Below are positions 33,651-46,741 of a stretch of 64,000 bases of DNA, one piece after another. A program made the translations under genes and the position numbers. The notes under the pieces are model-generated. The model was not told the DNA's origin. It ran no database searches and saw nothing but the letters and a program-made list of their open reading frames with translations. This DNA comes from Squalus acanthias (lineage: Eukaryota). How positions within the stretch are numbered: position 1 is the stretch's first letter; every line of letters starts with the position of its first letter. The stretch spans positions 1,922,001-1,986,000 of the forward strand of contig JASTWF010000037.1 of NCBI GenBank assembly GCA_030390025.1, in the 5' to 3' direction.

Positions 33651-35363
33651 TAAAGATCCCTTTATATTGTCCCATCAAACACTCCCAGGAGAGGTACAGC
33701 ACGAGTTAGATACAGAGTAAAGCTCCCTCTACACTGTCCCATCAAACACTCCAAGGGTAGGCACAGCACAGGGTTCAATATAGAGTAAAGCTCCCTCTAC
33801 ACTGTCCCATCAAATACTCCCAGGGCAGATACAGCACAGGTTAGATACAGAGTAAAGCTCCCTCTACATTGTCCCATCAAACACTCCCAGGGCAGGTACA
33901 ACACGAGTTAGATACAGAGTAAAGCTCCCGCTACACTGTCCCATCAAACACTCCCGGCGCAGGTACAGCGCGCATTAGATACAGAGTAAAGCTCCCTCTA
34001 CACTGTGGTTAGATACAGAGTAAAGGTCCCTCTACACTGTCCCATCAAACACTCCCAGGGCAGGTAAAGCACGGGTTAGATACAGAGTAATGCTCCCTCT
34101 ACACTGTCCCAACAAACACTTCCAGGGCAGGTACAGCACGGGTTAAACAGAGTATAGCTCCCTCTACACTGTCTACATCAAACACTCCCAGGAGAGGTAC
34201 AGCACGAGTTAGATACAGAGTAAAGCTCCCTCGACACTGTCCCATCAAACACTCCCAGGGCAGGTACAGTAAGGGTTAGATACAGAGTAAAGCTCCCTCT
34301 ACACTGTCCCATCAAATATTCCCAGGAGAGGTACAGCACGAGTTAGATACAGAGTAAAGCTCCCTCTACACTGTCCCATCAAACTCCCAGAACAGATACA
34401 GCACGGGTTAGATACAAAGTAAAGCTCCCTCTACACTGTCCCATCAAACACTCCCAGGGCAGGTACAGCACGGGTTAGATACAGAGTAAAGCTCCCTCTA
34501 CACTATCCCATCAAACACTCCCAGGACAGGTACAGCACGGGGTTAGATACAGAGTAAAGCTCCCTCTACACTGTCCCATCAAACACTCCCAGGGCAGGTA
34601 CAGCACGGGTTAGATACAGAGTAAAGCTCCCTCTGCTCTGCGCAAACAAGGTACCAAATCCCAACCTCAGAGGATCACACCCTATGAACCCCCTCCCTCA
34701 GAATTCACGTTCCCCCAGCTCGGGCCAGTTTTGGATCCTCCCCTTCCTTCACTCCACCATTGGTGGCCGTAACTTCAGCCGAATAAGCCCCACCCTCTTG
34801 AATTCCCTCCCTAAACCTCTGCCTCTCCACCTGTCTCCCCTCATTTAAAACCCTGCTTAGAACCCAGAACTTTGACCAAGCTCTTGGCCACCCTTCCTAA
34901 TATCTCCTTCTTTCACTCAGCGTCCATTTTTCTCTCATGACGCCAGTGTGAAGCACCTTGGGATGTTTTTCTGCATTAAAGGTGCGATATGATGACAAGT
35001 TGTTGTTGTTGTTCCAGTGTGACAGTCTCCATTTCCCATCGCTCCCTTTATCAGTCTGGATGAAACAGGACAATTGTAATTAGAGTGACTTTCTCTCTAT
35101 TTTGGGGTTTTAGTTTAGATAGACTGTTTCCCCCTCGTGATGTCCCTTCAGTTATCAGCAGGGACGGGGGAGCTTGTCCTGTTTTCCAGTCTACAAGTTA
35201 GGGGCAATGGGTGAAGCTCAGTCCCATACTGATCATCTATAAGGGGTCCTCCCCACAAGGGACAGGACACCACTAACAAGAACAAAGAGTCTGTCCGAAC
35301 TAATGTCCCACAGTACATATCAACTGATTAAGCTCCAACTTTTTGATCCGGTTCAATAAGGCA

Positions 35364-36136
35364 GAGTATTATTTAAATAGACATAGATTGGGAAATGTTG
35401 ATGTACAAAGGGACCTGGGTGTCCTTGTACACCAGTCACTGAAAGCAAACATGCAGGTGCAGCAAGCAGTTAGGAAGGCAAATGGTATGTTGGCCTTCAT
35501 TGCAAGAGGATTTGAGTACTGGAGCAAGGATGTCTTACTACAGTTATACAGGGCCTTGGTGAGACCACACCTGGAGTACTGTGTGCAGTTTTGGTCTCCT
35601 TACCTAAGAAAGGATATACTTGCCATAGAGGGAGTGCAGCGAAGGTTCACCAGACTGATTCCTGGGATGGCAGGACTGTCGTATGAGGAGAGATTGGGTC
35701 GACTAGGCCTGTATTCACTAGAGTTTAGAAGAATGGGAGGGGATCTCATTGAAACATATAAAATTCTGACAGGACTAGACAGACTGGATGCAGGGAGAAT
35801 GTTTCCCCTGGCTGGGGGGCTCTAGAACGAGGGGTCACAGTCTCAGGATACGGGGTAGGACATTTAGGACTGAGATGCGGAGAAATGTCTTCACTCAGAG
35901 GGTGGTGAACCTGTGGAATTCTCTACCACAGAAGGCTGTGGAGGCCAAGTCACTGAATATATTTAAGAAGGAGATAGATAGATTTCTAGACACAAAAGGC
36001 ATCAAGGGGTATGAGGAGAGAGCGGGAATATGGTATTGAGATAGAGGATCAGCCATGATCATATTGAATGGCGGAACAGGCTCGAAGGGCCGAATGGCCT
36101 ACTCCTGCTCCTATTTTTCAATGTTTCTATGTTTCT
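35364..36136 (+). mobile_element. CR1 3' fragment (about 0.77 kb)
   Basis: [13 protein letters not shown]...[17 protein letters not shown] and a (TTTCTATG)n tail; approximate TSD ataaggca/atgaggca. Site empty upstream of genes 2 and 5. Confidence 0.9.
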
Positions 36137-37143
36137 ATGAGGCAATGATCCCAGCCACTTGTAAAAGTTTCTGGAAAACCCATTGGACTCCGAGTGTTTG
36201 CGCGCCAGGCTCCCTGGAGAGGGAGCGGGCAGTGCCCACCGGTACACTCGAGGCCTCCCGCAACCGGTGGGCACCGCAGGGAATGGAGAGTCTTATCGAC
36301 ACCAGTAATAATATTATCATTTACTTTTATGAGTTTTCTTTTGTTTTGTCGAAAGAGCATTCTGTGTTTGAGTTCCTTTATTAGTTGTACCGCCTTAAAG
36401 AGGAGGCCAGGAGTAAATCCGTTCCTCTGTTGATGACACTGGGACAACCCCTGTCATTTTATGGATCAATTAGAAAAACATCCACATTAGACCTAGGAAC
36501 AGGAGGAGGCCATTCAGCCCCTCGAGCCTGTTGTGCCATTCAATGAGATCATGGCTGATCTGGGACCTAACTCCATATACCCGCCTTTGGCCCATATCCC
36601 TTAACACCTTTGGTTAAACAAAATCTATCAATTTCAGCTTTAAAATTAACAATTGACCCAGCACCAATTGCCGTTTGTGGAAGAGAGTTCCAAACTTCTA
36701 CCACCCTTTGTGTGTAGAAATGTTTCCTAACTTCACTCCTGAAAGGTCTGGCTCTAATTTTTAGACTATGTCCCCTAGTCCTAGAATCCCCAAACAGCGG
36801 AAATAGTTTCTCTCTCTCACCCTATCAGTTGCCCTTAATATCCTGAAAACTTCGATCAAATCACCCCTTAACTTTCGAAATTCCGAGCTTTTCACCATTT
36901 AGAAAGTACTCTGGATCCAAAGTGGATGACTATTGTATTAATGGTGCCCATCAAAATTAACCCGTGTAATGCTCATTTCTGTCAGGTGACATCGGGGCAA
37001 CTCAGTGCCACTCCGATTGGTCCAATTTAAATTGTCCCTCCTGGCAATAAATCCATTAGTTCTGTCATTGGATAGAAATTCTGGAGATTGGGGCTAAAAG
37101 GTCCTGGTTGGTGGGTGAAGGGATAGTTGAATTGTTTGGTATC

Positions 37144-40100
37144 ATGGGGGATTTTGTAGTGAGGGGTTTGCTCCCAGTGCTGGTGTTCGTTGGAGCTGTT
37201 TGTTCCTCTGATATTTGGCAACAGTTTGGAGCCCAGAGGTTTCCATGGAGAAGAGTAAAAGCCACCCCTGGGCCTCAGAGAGTCCCTCCTCCTGGGTCTC
37301 CCTTTGGCTCCGGTTTCAGTGTGTCTGAGGGGCGCAGTGTGTCTCCACTGCAGACTGTGATGGTGCAGTGTGGAGAGCACAACCTGCTGGTCAGAGTAAA
37401 CATGGATTTATTTGGAACCAGGCACCTGATTAAAGCTGCTGACCTGACCCTGGGGATGACAGGTTGTCGGCCAACCGGGATCTACTCTCAGAACCACACC
37501 GTCCTCTTTGACTATGGGCTCCATGAATGTGGCAGCACAGTGAAGGTAATGTGATTCCTCAACCCTTGCTCTAAGCTTGGTGTCTGGATTAGACCCAACT
37601 CTTTATTCCTACCCTTGGTGAAATGTCATTTATGCTGAGATTCCTGTCTCCTGCTTTTAAAACCTCAGACTTGTGTTGAATTATGTATTGTCCTTCGCTT
37701 TAACTGGTCTTCCTGAGTTTCTCCAACCTTGTGATCTCTGCTCTATTGGCCTTGTGCCTTGACTTGGTTCTTCCAAACTTTTCCTTCCATACATCCTGCC
37801 TTGTGGATTTTCAGGTCACTGGGTATTCAGTTTAATGTTTCAGTTATTTACAATATTCAGTTATCTCCCACTCTTCCTGTATCAGAATACAGGGGAGCCT
37901 GGTTTAAATGAGGCTTAAATCTGCTGTTTTAGTCATTTATCCAGGTTATTAGCAACCTGTGGCTTCCTTTATTGAAGTGAAGCTGTCCTTTCATTGAGTC
38001 TTTTATTCTGTTTAATTGTCTTGTGCTTGCAATCCCCCTCCTTGCATTAGCTGCTGAGGCTGCACAACTTTCAACCACCTGAGTAGAATGTTGTCCATTT
38101 CTGAACCTGATGTCTTTCAGATGTCTGGAGATTTCCTGGTCTACGCCACCCACCTGAACCACACCCCCAAGGCCCATGGATCTGTCATTGTGAGAACTAA
38201 TGGAGCTGTCGTTCCCATTGAGTGCCACTATTTTAGGTAAGATTCTTTACACTGTTGCAAATAATATCTACAGCTGGTGCAGTTCTCTGACCTTGTCCTA
38301 AAATGGCTCCATTGTCTTTCCAGGAAGGGCAATGTGAGCAGTAACCCGATCAAGCCCACCTGGATCCCGTTCAGCTCCACCAAGTCTGGAGAGGGGCTTC
38401 TGTCATTCTCTCTGTGCCTAATGAATGGTATGTGATGGGTGGATGGGGAATGATTTACTGTAGTCACCCACTGGGAGTTGTACCCAGTCTTCAACCCTTG
38501 TCCCTCTTGTACTTCAGATGACTGGCTCACAGAGCGCACCTCAACTGTCTACTACCTGGGCGACCTCATTCACATTGAGGCCTCTGTTTCAATGACCAAC
38601 CACATGCCCATGAAGCTCTACATTGACCGCTGTGTCGCTACGTTGAGCCCAGATAAGGACTCCACCCCGAGATACAGCATCATTGACTACAATGGGTAAG
38701 GAGAGCTCTGCTTTCTCCAGCTGGCCCTGTCTCAATGGCTTCACTTGATTCACTTCATGTTCCCTCAATTATTTCTCCAGTTGCCTCCTGGACAGCAAAG
38801 CTGAGGACTCCTTCTCAACCTTCGTGTTGCCAAGAGATGAGCGTGAGCTGGACAAGCTCCACTTTGACCTGGATGCGTTCCGCTTCTTTGGAGATGACCG
38901 TTCCTTGGTAAGAGGAAGCCGACCGTTGCAAAGTATTTACAACAGATACAGGCCATTCTGCGTAACTGGTTTATGCTCCACACGAGCATCCTCACCCCTC
39001 TACATCGAACCTATTAACATATCCTTCTATTCCTTTCTCCCTCGTGTTTATTTAGCTTCCCCTTTAATGCATCTGTGCTATTTGCCTCAATCACTCCGTG
39101 GTAGCAATTTCCACATTCTCGCCACTCTCTGGGTGAAGATGTTTCTCCTGAATTCCCGATTGGATTCATTAGTTATGACTTTGTATTTATGGCCCCTAGT
39201 TCTCGTCTCGCCCACAAGTGGAAACCTCTTCTCTGTCCACTCTATCAAACACTTTAATCTTTCAAGACCTCTATCGGGTCACCCCTCAGTCTTTTTTCTA
39301 GAGAAAAGAGCCCCCAGCCTGTTCAATCTTTCCTGATGGGTATAACTTCCTGGGTTTGTTATCATTCTATTAAAGCATTTCTGCACTTTCTCCAGTGCCT
39401 CTATATCCTTTATAATATGGAGAGCAGGACTGTTTGCAATACTCTGTTCTCTAACCAGGGTTCTATACAAGTTTAACAGAACTTCTTTCATTTTCAATTC
39501 TATCCCTTGAGAAATAAACCCTGTGCTTTGTTTTATTTATGGCCGCCTTAACCTGTGTTGCTCCTTTTGGTGATCTACGTATCTGTACCTCCAGATCCCT
39601 CTGTTTCTCTACCCCATTTGGACACTTATTTTCCCAGGAGTATTTGGCCTCCTTATGCTTCCTACCAACACATGACCTCACACTTGCCTATACTGGAAGT
39701 TCATTTGCCAATTACATGCCCATTCTGCAGGTTTATTAATGTCTAGCTGTATTTTTGTTCCAGTCCTACTCTATTAACTACATCCGCGCACCCCCCCCCC
39801 CCCCCTCTCCCCCAAAATTTGGTGTATTCTACAAATTTTGAAATTGTACTTTGGATTCCAGAGTCTAAATTGTTTGTGTAAATGGTGAACAACAGTGGTC
39901 CCAGCACAGATCACTGGAACCCCAATTCCCACCATTTACCAATCTGAGTAACAACCTTTAACCTCACTCACTGTTCTGATTTTATAACCAGCTTGTGATC
40001 CATCCTGTTACTTGTCCATCCTGACACCACATGGTCATTGAGTTCCCAAGTTGGGAGGGAGTCACTGAATAACAGCTTGTGTTGAATGTGTCCCTCAGAT

Positions 40101-40800
40101 TTTCATCACCTGTCACCTGAAGGTTGCTGCAGTGGATCGGAGAGATTCCATGAGCAAAGCTTGTACTTTCCAGAAGATGCAGAATTTGTAAGTTCCCCCT
40201 CTCTCTCTCCCTCAGGGATGTGTGGTGTGGAGAAGTGATGCCCAACCTGATTGTGACACTGATTCTCTTGTTTAGCTGGGCTCCATTGGAAGTATCCAAC
40301 AATGACGTTTGCGCCTGTTGTCATTTGGGCAACTGCAGTGCCACAAGGGAGTTCGGATTTGATTCCAGAGGAAGGAGGGATCTTGTACCTGGAGCTGGTA
40401 GGACATTGATCCTCTAGATGTTGGAGGTTGCCCTTTACCCTCTCTAACTGGAATGTTTGATATTGCAGGGAGCGATGCTGAATTGAAGTGGGAGGGTGAG
40501 GCCTCACTTGGACCCCTAGTCATTCTGGACACTGATGTGACCGACCTGGCAACTGAGTCCCTTAATGAGGTTGAGCAACGGATGCAGGAGAGGTCTCCAG
40601 GTGGTGAGTTGGCCGACTGCTAGTTTCCATTTCCCCCTCAGTATTTCCTTCACTCACTGTTGGTTTCTCATTGCTTTTTAGGTGTGGAGTCTGAGGTGGT
40701 CCTGATGGTGGCCCTGACTGTGACAGCTGTCTCTCTGATCTCTGCTTCTTTGATCGCCTTGTTCCTGTACAGGAAACACAAGCCAAGCCTGTTCAACTAG
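37144..40800 (+). CDS. ZP3: ZP3-like copy 4 (type B), 463 aa
   Basis: Exons 37144-37545, 38121-38236, 38324-38427, 38518-38695, 38781-38907, 40099-40187, 40276-40397, 40469-40603, 40682-40800. Type B promoter at about 36975-37052. Confidence 0.93.
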
Positions 40801-41414
40801 TTACTAAATGATCAATAAAGCAGTGACTCCTTGTATCTTATGTCTCGTTGCTCATTTGTCACAATGTCTGTCCCAGAGCCCACCGAACAATGAGATGGGT
40901 TTTAATTGGACAATGTTGCTCGTGGTTATAATGGCTTATCCAGGCACAGAATTTGGATGGCTGGTGATTACAGCAACTGTACATCCCTCATTGTGCAGGT
41001 CAATGATCTCTGAATGGACAGAGGTACTAGTGCATGCTGGGCTCAAGCATCTCATTGGCTCCTTTGTTCTGGCAGCTTTCTCTAGTAGAAGCACCGACAC
41101 TTTGCATGGTGCGATCATGTCTCTGTCCCACTGGCTCCAGTATCTGGCTCTTCATGTTGCTGTGGTTCGTGTTTACTTAACTCGTCCTGTGGTGTGACTG
41201 GGGTGACGGTGCCAATGGGAGCTGGCACTGTTCAGAGCCCTAATATACAGCTCAGTCATTGGCTGCATCTTCCCCTGGGTGAAGGGTAGGACCTCACCTT
41301 TGCTGGGAACCAAATGATGGCAGAGATTAGAATATTGAACGAGTTGGCAGAGGGTCGGGTTTTGATTAAGTTGGTATCTTCTCTTACTGAAGGAGCCTCT
41401 AATTGGGAACTCTT

Positions 41415-41552
41415 AACCTCTCCTTGCCCAGCCCCACCTTGAACTGGGGAGGTGACCATCTCCTGCCCTGAGCTTTTACTAAACCTCTCCTTGCCCAGCC
41501 CCACCTTGAACTGGGGAGGGGACCATCTCCTGCACTGAGCTTTTACTAAACC
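41415..41552. repeat. 67-bp post-ZP3 minisatellite (2 units)
   Basis: Same unit as 9105-9510. Confidence 0.85.
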
Positions 41553-42639
41553 TTCTGCTCCTGTCTCGATTGGAATGAGCTCACGGTGGGCTCCTTTTTT
41601 AAATGTAGCCTCCAGTGTCAGTGGTCCCTATTGGGTCTTCAGTGCTCCGAATGAGTCACTCACCCTGGAACAGTAGCAAGATGCTCAAGGGTGACTTCCA
41701 CAAGGAATCTTGTACAGACTAAATGGAGCCCTGAATATAGTCTCCCAATGTAGGAAGACAAAGGATTCGAGTGGAAATGCAGTGAAACATGGGCTTCTTC
41801 TAACTTGAGTGGCAGGTTCACTGGGAGGGGAGCCTCGACGATATAAGAAATAGGAGCAGAAGTAGGGCAATTGGCCCTTCGAGCCCGCTCCGCCATTCAA
41901 TAAGATCATAGCTGATCTTTTATCTCATCTCCACTTTCCTGAACTATTCCCCATATCTCTTAATTCCCTTAATATTCAAAGATCTATCGATCTCTGTCTT
42001 CAATATATTCAACGATTGAGCCTCCACAACCCTCTGGGCTAGAGAATTCCAAAGTTTTACCACCCTCACAAGAAATTTCTCTTCATCCTAAATGGCCGAC
42101 CCCTTATCCTGAGACTGTGACCCCTGGTTCCAGACTCGCCAGCCAGGGGCAACGTCCTCCCTGTCAAGCCCTGCAAGAATTTTGTTTCTTTCAATGCGAT
42201 CACATCTCATTCTTCTAAACTTGAGAATATAGGCCAAGTCGACTCAATCTCTCCTCATAGGACAATCCCCCCCCATCCCAGGAATCAGTCTGGTGAACCT
42301 TTGTTGCATTCCTTCTATGGCAAGTATATCCTTCCTTAGGTAAGGAGACCAAAACTGTACACAATACTCCAGGTGTGGTCTCACCAGGGCCCTATATAAT
42401 TGCAGTAAGACGTCTTTACTCTTATACTCAAATCCTCTTGTAATAAAGACCAACATACCATTTTCTTTCCTAATTGCTTGCTGTACCTACATGTTAATGT
42501 TCAGTGATTCGTGTACAAAGGCACCCAGGTCCTTCTGAACACCAATATTTCCCGATCTCTCAGCATTTAAAAAAATATTTTGCTTTTCTATTATTCCTAC
42601 CAAAGCGGATAACTTCACATGAACAATTGGTGTCAGTAG

Positions 42640-43928
42640 TGTAAGCTTCGCAAAATCCCCCAGAAACTCGAACAGAGCCCTAAAGGGAGTGATTTTTGGA
42701 CCTTTCATACAAACTTGGGATGATGGGACCTAAGTGAAGTGATTTGATGTAAAAACCTCAGTTTTGGAAAGATCAGGGAAGAAAAACCCAGAGGAAACTG
42801 ACTTTTGAATCTTACTGTTGGGAGAGACACCTTTCACAGACACAAGACAAGCTGCGGAGGGGCGTGGCCAGGCAGTGAACAGATTTGGGTATTGGGGCCC
42901 AATCAAGCTGTCTGGGAGATGTTTGCACTGCAATCCAACCAAGGAGGAAGAGCCTCATCCAAAACCTCACAAACACATTCAAATATGAATAAACCAAGAA
43001 CCCTATTGAAATCCCCAGGTCCAAACAGGATGCTGGAAATCTAAAAACGATTCCTGACAATAAAACTTCCAGCACACAGTTTCATAGCCCATTATCCCAT
43101 CAAAAACCCATCAGCCAAGTATCGACCAGAGCAGTTAAGAAAGCCCGCCAAAAGACCTAGGACAATAGGGTTGAGACTTGGCGCGTAGATAAGGCTGTGT
43201 TTAAATCGGAAAACGATCAAGACATGTTTAACACTGAGCTAAAGCCATCGGAACTGGCAAGCCCGCCAAAACTAGACAATGGACTAAGCAAGGTTCATTT
43301 GCAACCTAAAGGAATCCGTTTTAGTAAGGGGTTTTTTGGGCGCGAAAAAGAAACAGTATAATTGAAAGCCTGTCCCATAACTTCTCTCTCTTTCGGACTC
43401 GTTGACCACGCTGACACAGCTCTCTCCCTGCTCCAGCAAAAACCACCACAAGCCACGAGGAGGAAGGCCAGAAAACAGACCAGCACGCAAGAAGAAACCA
43501 GAGCGACTGCCTCAGTGACCATCGGACACCTCGCAGCAACAAGGGCCTTACGGAGTCTTTTAAACAAAAGACTCTAAAATCCTGTCAAGGATTCGTTGGT
43601 GAGCATTATCCCTGATCTCCTGAAACCAAAAACCTAGCTAGATAGTGGGATCTTTGGGAGGGATAAGGTTTTGTTTGATATATTCTCAATGTCCCTCGCT
43701 TGTACCGTGTGCTCCCCAATCTGTGTTTAAGTAATAAGTGTGTTTCAAGTTTGTTACCTTTTTCTTTTAATAAAGTAAAATTCTTTCATCAGAACCTGTC
43801 GTCTACTGCAATTTTGTTCACAACCCCTAAATAAGTCCAAAGTCTAGGAACCAGAGGGGTGAGGGAGCGATTCGAACCGCTCACTGAGTCAGAAAGCGAA
43901 GGCTGACCCCATTACTACCCCCCTTACA
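42640..43928 (+). mobile_element. Solo LTR family 1, duplicated copy
   Basis: TGTAAG...CTTACA termini, TSD GTAG; nearly identical to 10590-11877 and at the same site. Confidence 0.85.
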
Positions 43929-44890
43929 GTAGTGGTGTTAGAATCTCATGGCCAGGAGATGAATCGTGGAGGTGGGTTTATTTTCTACAGGTTCATGAAA
44001 CTTTACTCAGTGCTCTGCTTTCCAGTTTCCCTACTGTCATTTTACTTTACAAGCCAAAAATAACTTCTCGGGAAGGGATGGATACCTCTTAAAATCTGGA
44101 GGGGAAGCAGAAATCGACACAATTTTCCAGGTCTAGTAAATCAAACCCCGGTTCATTTTATCTTGCGGAACTAAAACCTTACTGCAATAAACCTACACTA
44201 ATGTCAAAAAGCAGAGCATTCTACATGCACAGGACAAAATTGGCTCCCTGTCACATCTGTCCCTAATCCCAGGTGTAGGATGGTCTGAGCTGAGAGGCTG
44301 ATGGAGCTACTTTTAAATAACTTCACTGCATTTACCCTGCGTGGGCCCAGTCTGAGGATTGCCATCTTTTATACTCTGGCTGCTCCTCCCAATGCACTGT
44401 CGATGCTGCTTGCTCGATTATGGGCTGTCTCCATGGTTACTGCATTGTAATACAGCAACTGCCCACCACAACCTCATCAACTCCAAGTTACAGACCATAA
44501 CTGTCCCAGTAGTTTACATGGTGTGTCAGCAGGTGTATCAATAAAACCCATCCCTGGGGACCTCCCCACGAGTCGGTGTAATGGTATTCTAGGGGGGCAC
44601 AGCGGAGACACAGTATCAGCTGGTGTAAGCCCGTCAGCAGAGAATGGGACCCATTGACCCAGAAAGAAGGAGCTCTCGGAACCCAACCCAGCTACACTCG
44701 ACTTCACTGGGAGATGTTGGATTCTGTCCTGGAAAGTAAAGGGTCATTGCATATTAGTGAACAATATGTTGGAGGATTCATTAATACAGGTGCATTCGTG
44801 AAGTGAGTGTTATCTCCTCCTGGTGTGAATTTTATTCTCATTGAGGTGAGAGACTTTAGTGCTGGAGAATGGGACACGTTCCAATTGGAG

Positions 44891-45397
44891 TGTACAGCAT
44901 AGGTCAGATACAGAGTAAAGCTCCTTCTACACTGTCCCATCAAACACTCCCAGGGCAGGTACAGCACGGGTTAGATACAGAGTAAAGCTCCTTCTACACT
45001 GTCCCATCAAACACTCCCAGGGCAGGTACAGCACGGGTTAGATACAGAGTAAAGCTCCCTCTACACTGTCCCATCAAACACTCCCAGGGCAGGTACAGCA
45101 CGGGTTAGATACAGAGTAAAGCTCCCTCTACACTGTCCCATCAAACACTCCCAGGGCAGGTACAGCACGGGTTAGATACAGAGTAAAGCTCCCTCTACAC
45201 TGTCCCATCAAACACTCCCAGGGCAGGTACAGCACGGGTTAGATATAGAGTAAAGCTCCCTCTACACTGTCCCATCAAACACTCCCAGGGCAGGTACAGC
45301 ACAGGTTAGATACAGAGTAAGGCTCCCTCTACACTGTCCCATCAAACACTCCCAGGGCAGGTACAGCACGGGTTAGATACAGAGTAAAACTCCCTCT
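44891..45397. repeat. 67-bp satellite (about 7.5 units)
   Basis: Same unit as 12840-13414. Confidence 0.95.
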
Positions 45398-46741
45398 GCT
45401 CTGCACAAACCAGGTACCAAATCCCAACCTCAGAGGATCACACCCTATTAACCACCTCCCTCAGAATACAAGTTCCCCCAGCTCCGGCCATTTGTGGATC
45501 CTCCCCTTCCTTCACTCCACCATTGGTGGCCGTAACTTCAGCCAAATAGGCCCCACCCTCTTGAATTCCCTCCCTAAACCTCTGCCTCTCCACCTGCGTC
45601 TCCTCATTTACGACCCTGCTTAGAACCCAGAACTTTGACCAAGCTCTTGGCCACCCTTCCTAATATCTCCTTCTTTCACTCAGCGTCCATTTTTCTCTCA
45701 TGACGCCAGTGTGAAGCACCTTGGGATGTTTTTCTGCATTAAAGGTGCGATATGATGACAAGTTGTTGTTGTTGTTGTTCCAGTGTGACAGTCTCCATTT
45801 CCCATCGCTCCCTTTATCAGTCTGGATGAAACTGGACAATTGTAATTAGAGTGACTTTCTCTCTATTTTGGGGTTTTAGTTTAGATAGACTGTTTCCTCC
45901 TCGTGATGTCCTTTCAGTTATCAGCAGGGACGGGGGAGCTTGTCCTGTTTTGCAGACTACGAGTTAGGGGCAGTGGGTGATGCTCAGTCCCACACTGATC
46001 ATCTATAAGGGGTCCTCCCCACAAGGGACAGGACACCACTAACAAGAACAAAGAGTCTGTCCGAACTAATGTCCCACAGTACATATCAACTGATTAAGGT
46101 CCAACTTTTCAATCCGGTTCAATGAGTCAATGATCCCGTCTGGATCTGGCCACCTGTAGAAGCTTCTGGAAAACCCATTGGACTCCGAGTGTTTGCGCGC
46201 CAGGCTCCCTGGAGAGGGAGCGGGCAGTGCCCATCGGTACCCTCGAGGCCTCCCACAACCGATGGGCACCGCAGGGACTGGAGAGTCTTATCGACACCAG
46301 TAATAATATTATCATTTACTTTTTTGAGTTTTCTTTTGTTTTGTCGAAAGAGCATTCTATGTTTGAGTTCCTTTATTAGTTGTACCGCCTTAAAGAGGAG
46401 GCCAGGAGTAAATCCGTTCCTCTGTTGATGACACCGGGACAACCCATGTCATTTTATGGATCAATTAGAAAAACATCCACATTAGACCTAGGAACAGGAG
46501 GAGGCCATTCAGCCCCTCGAGCCTGTTGTGCCATTCAATGAGATCATGGCTGATCTGGGACCTAACTCCATATACCCGCCTTTGGCCCATATCCCTTAAC
46601 ACCTTTGGTTAAACAAAATCTATCAATTTCAGCTTTAAAATTAACAATTGACCCAGCACCAATTGCCGTTTGTGGAAGAGAGTTCCAAACTTCTACCACC
46701 CTTTGTGTGTAGAAATGTTTCCTAACTTCACTCCTGAAAGG

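Larger units (their letters stand above)
31173..34634. repeat. 67-bp satellite array interrupted by two insertions
   Basis: Same unit as 12840-13414, with variant monomers; insertions at 31361-31475 and 32184-33650. Confidence 0.95.
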
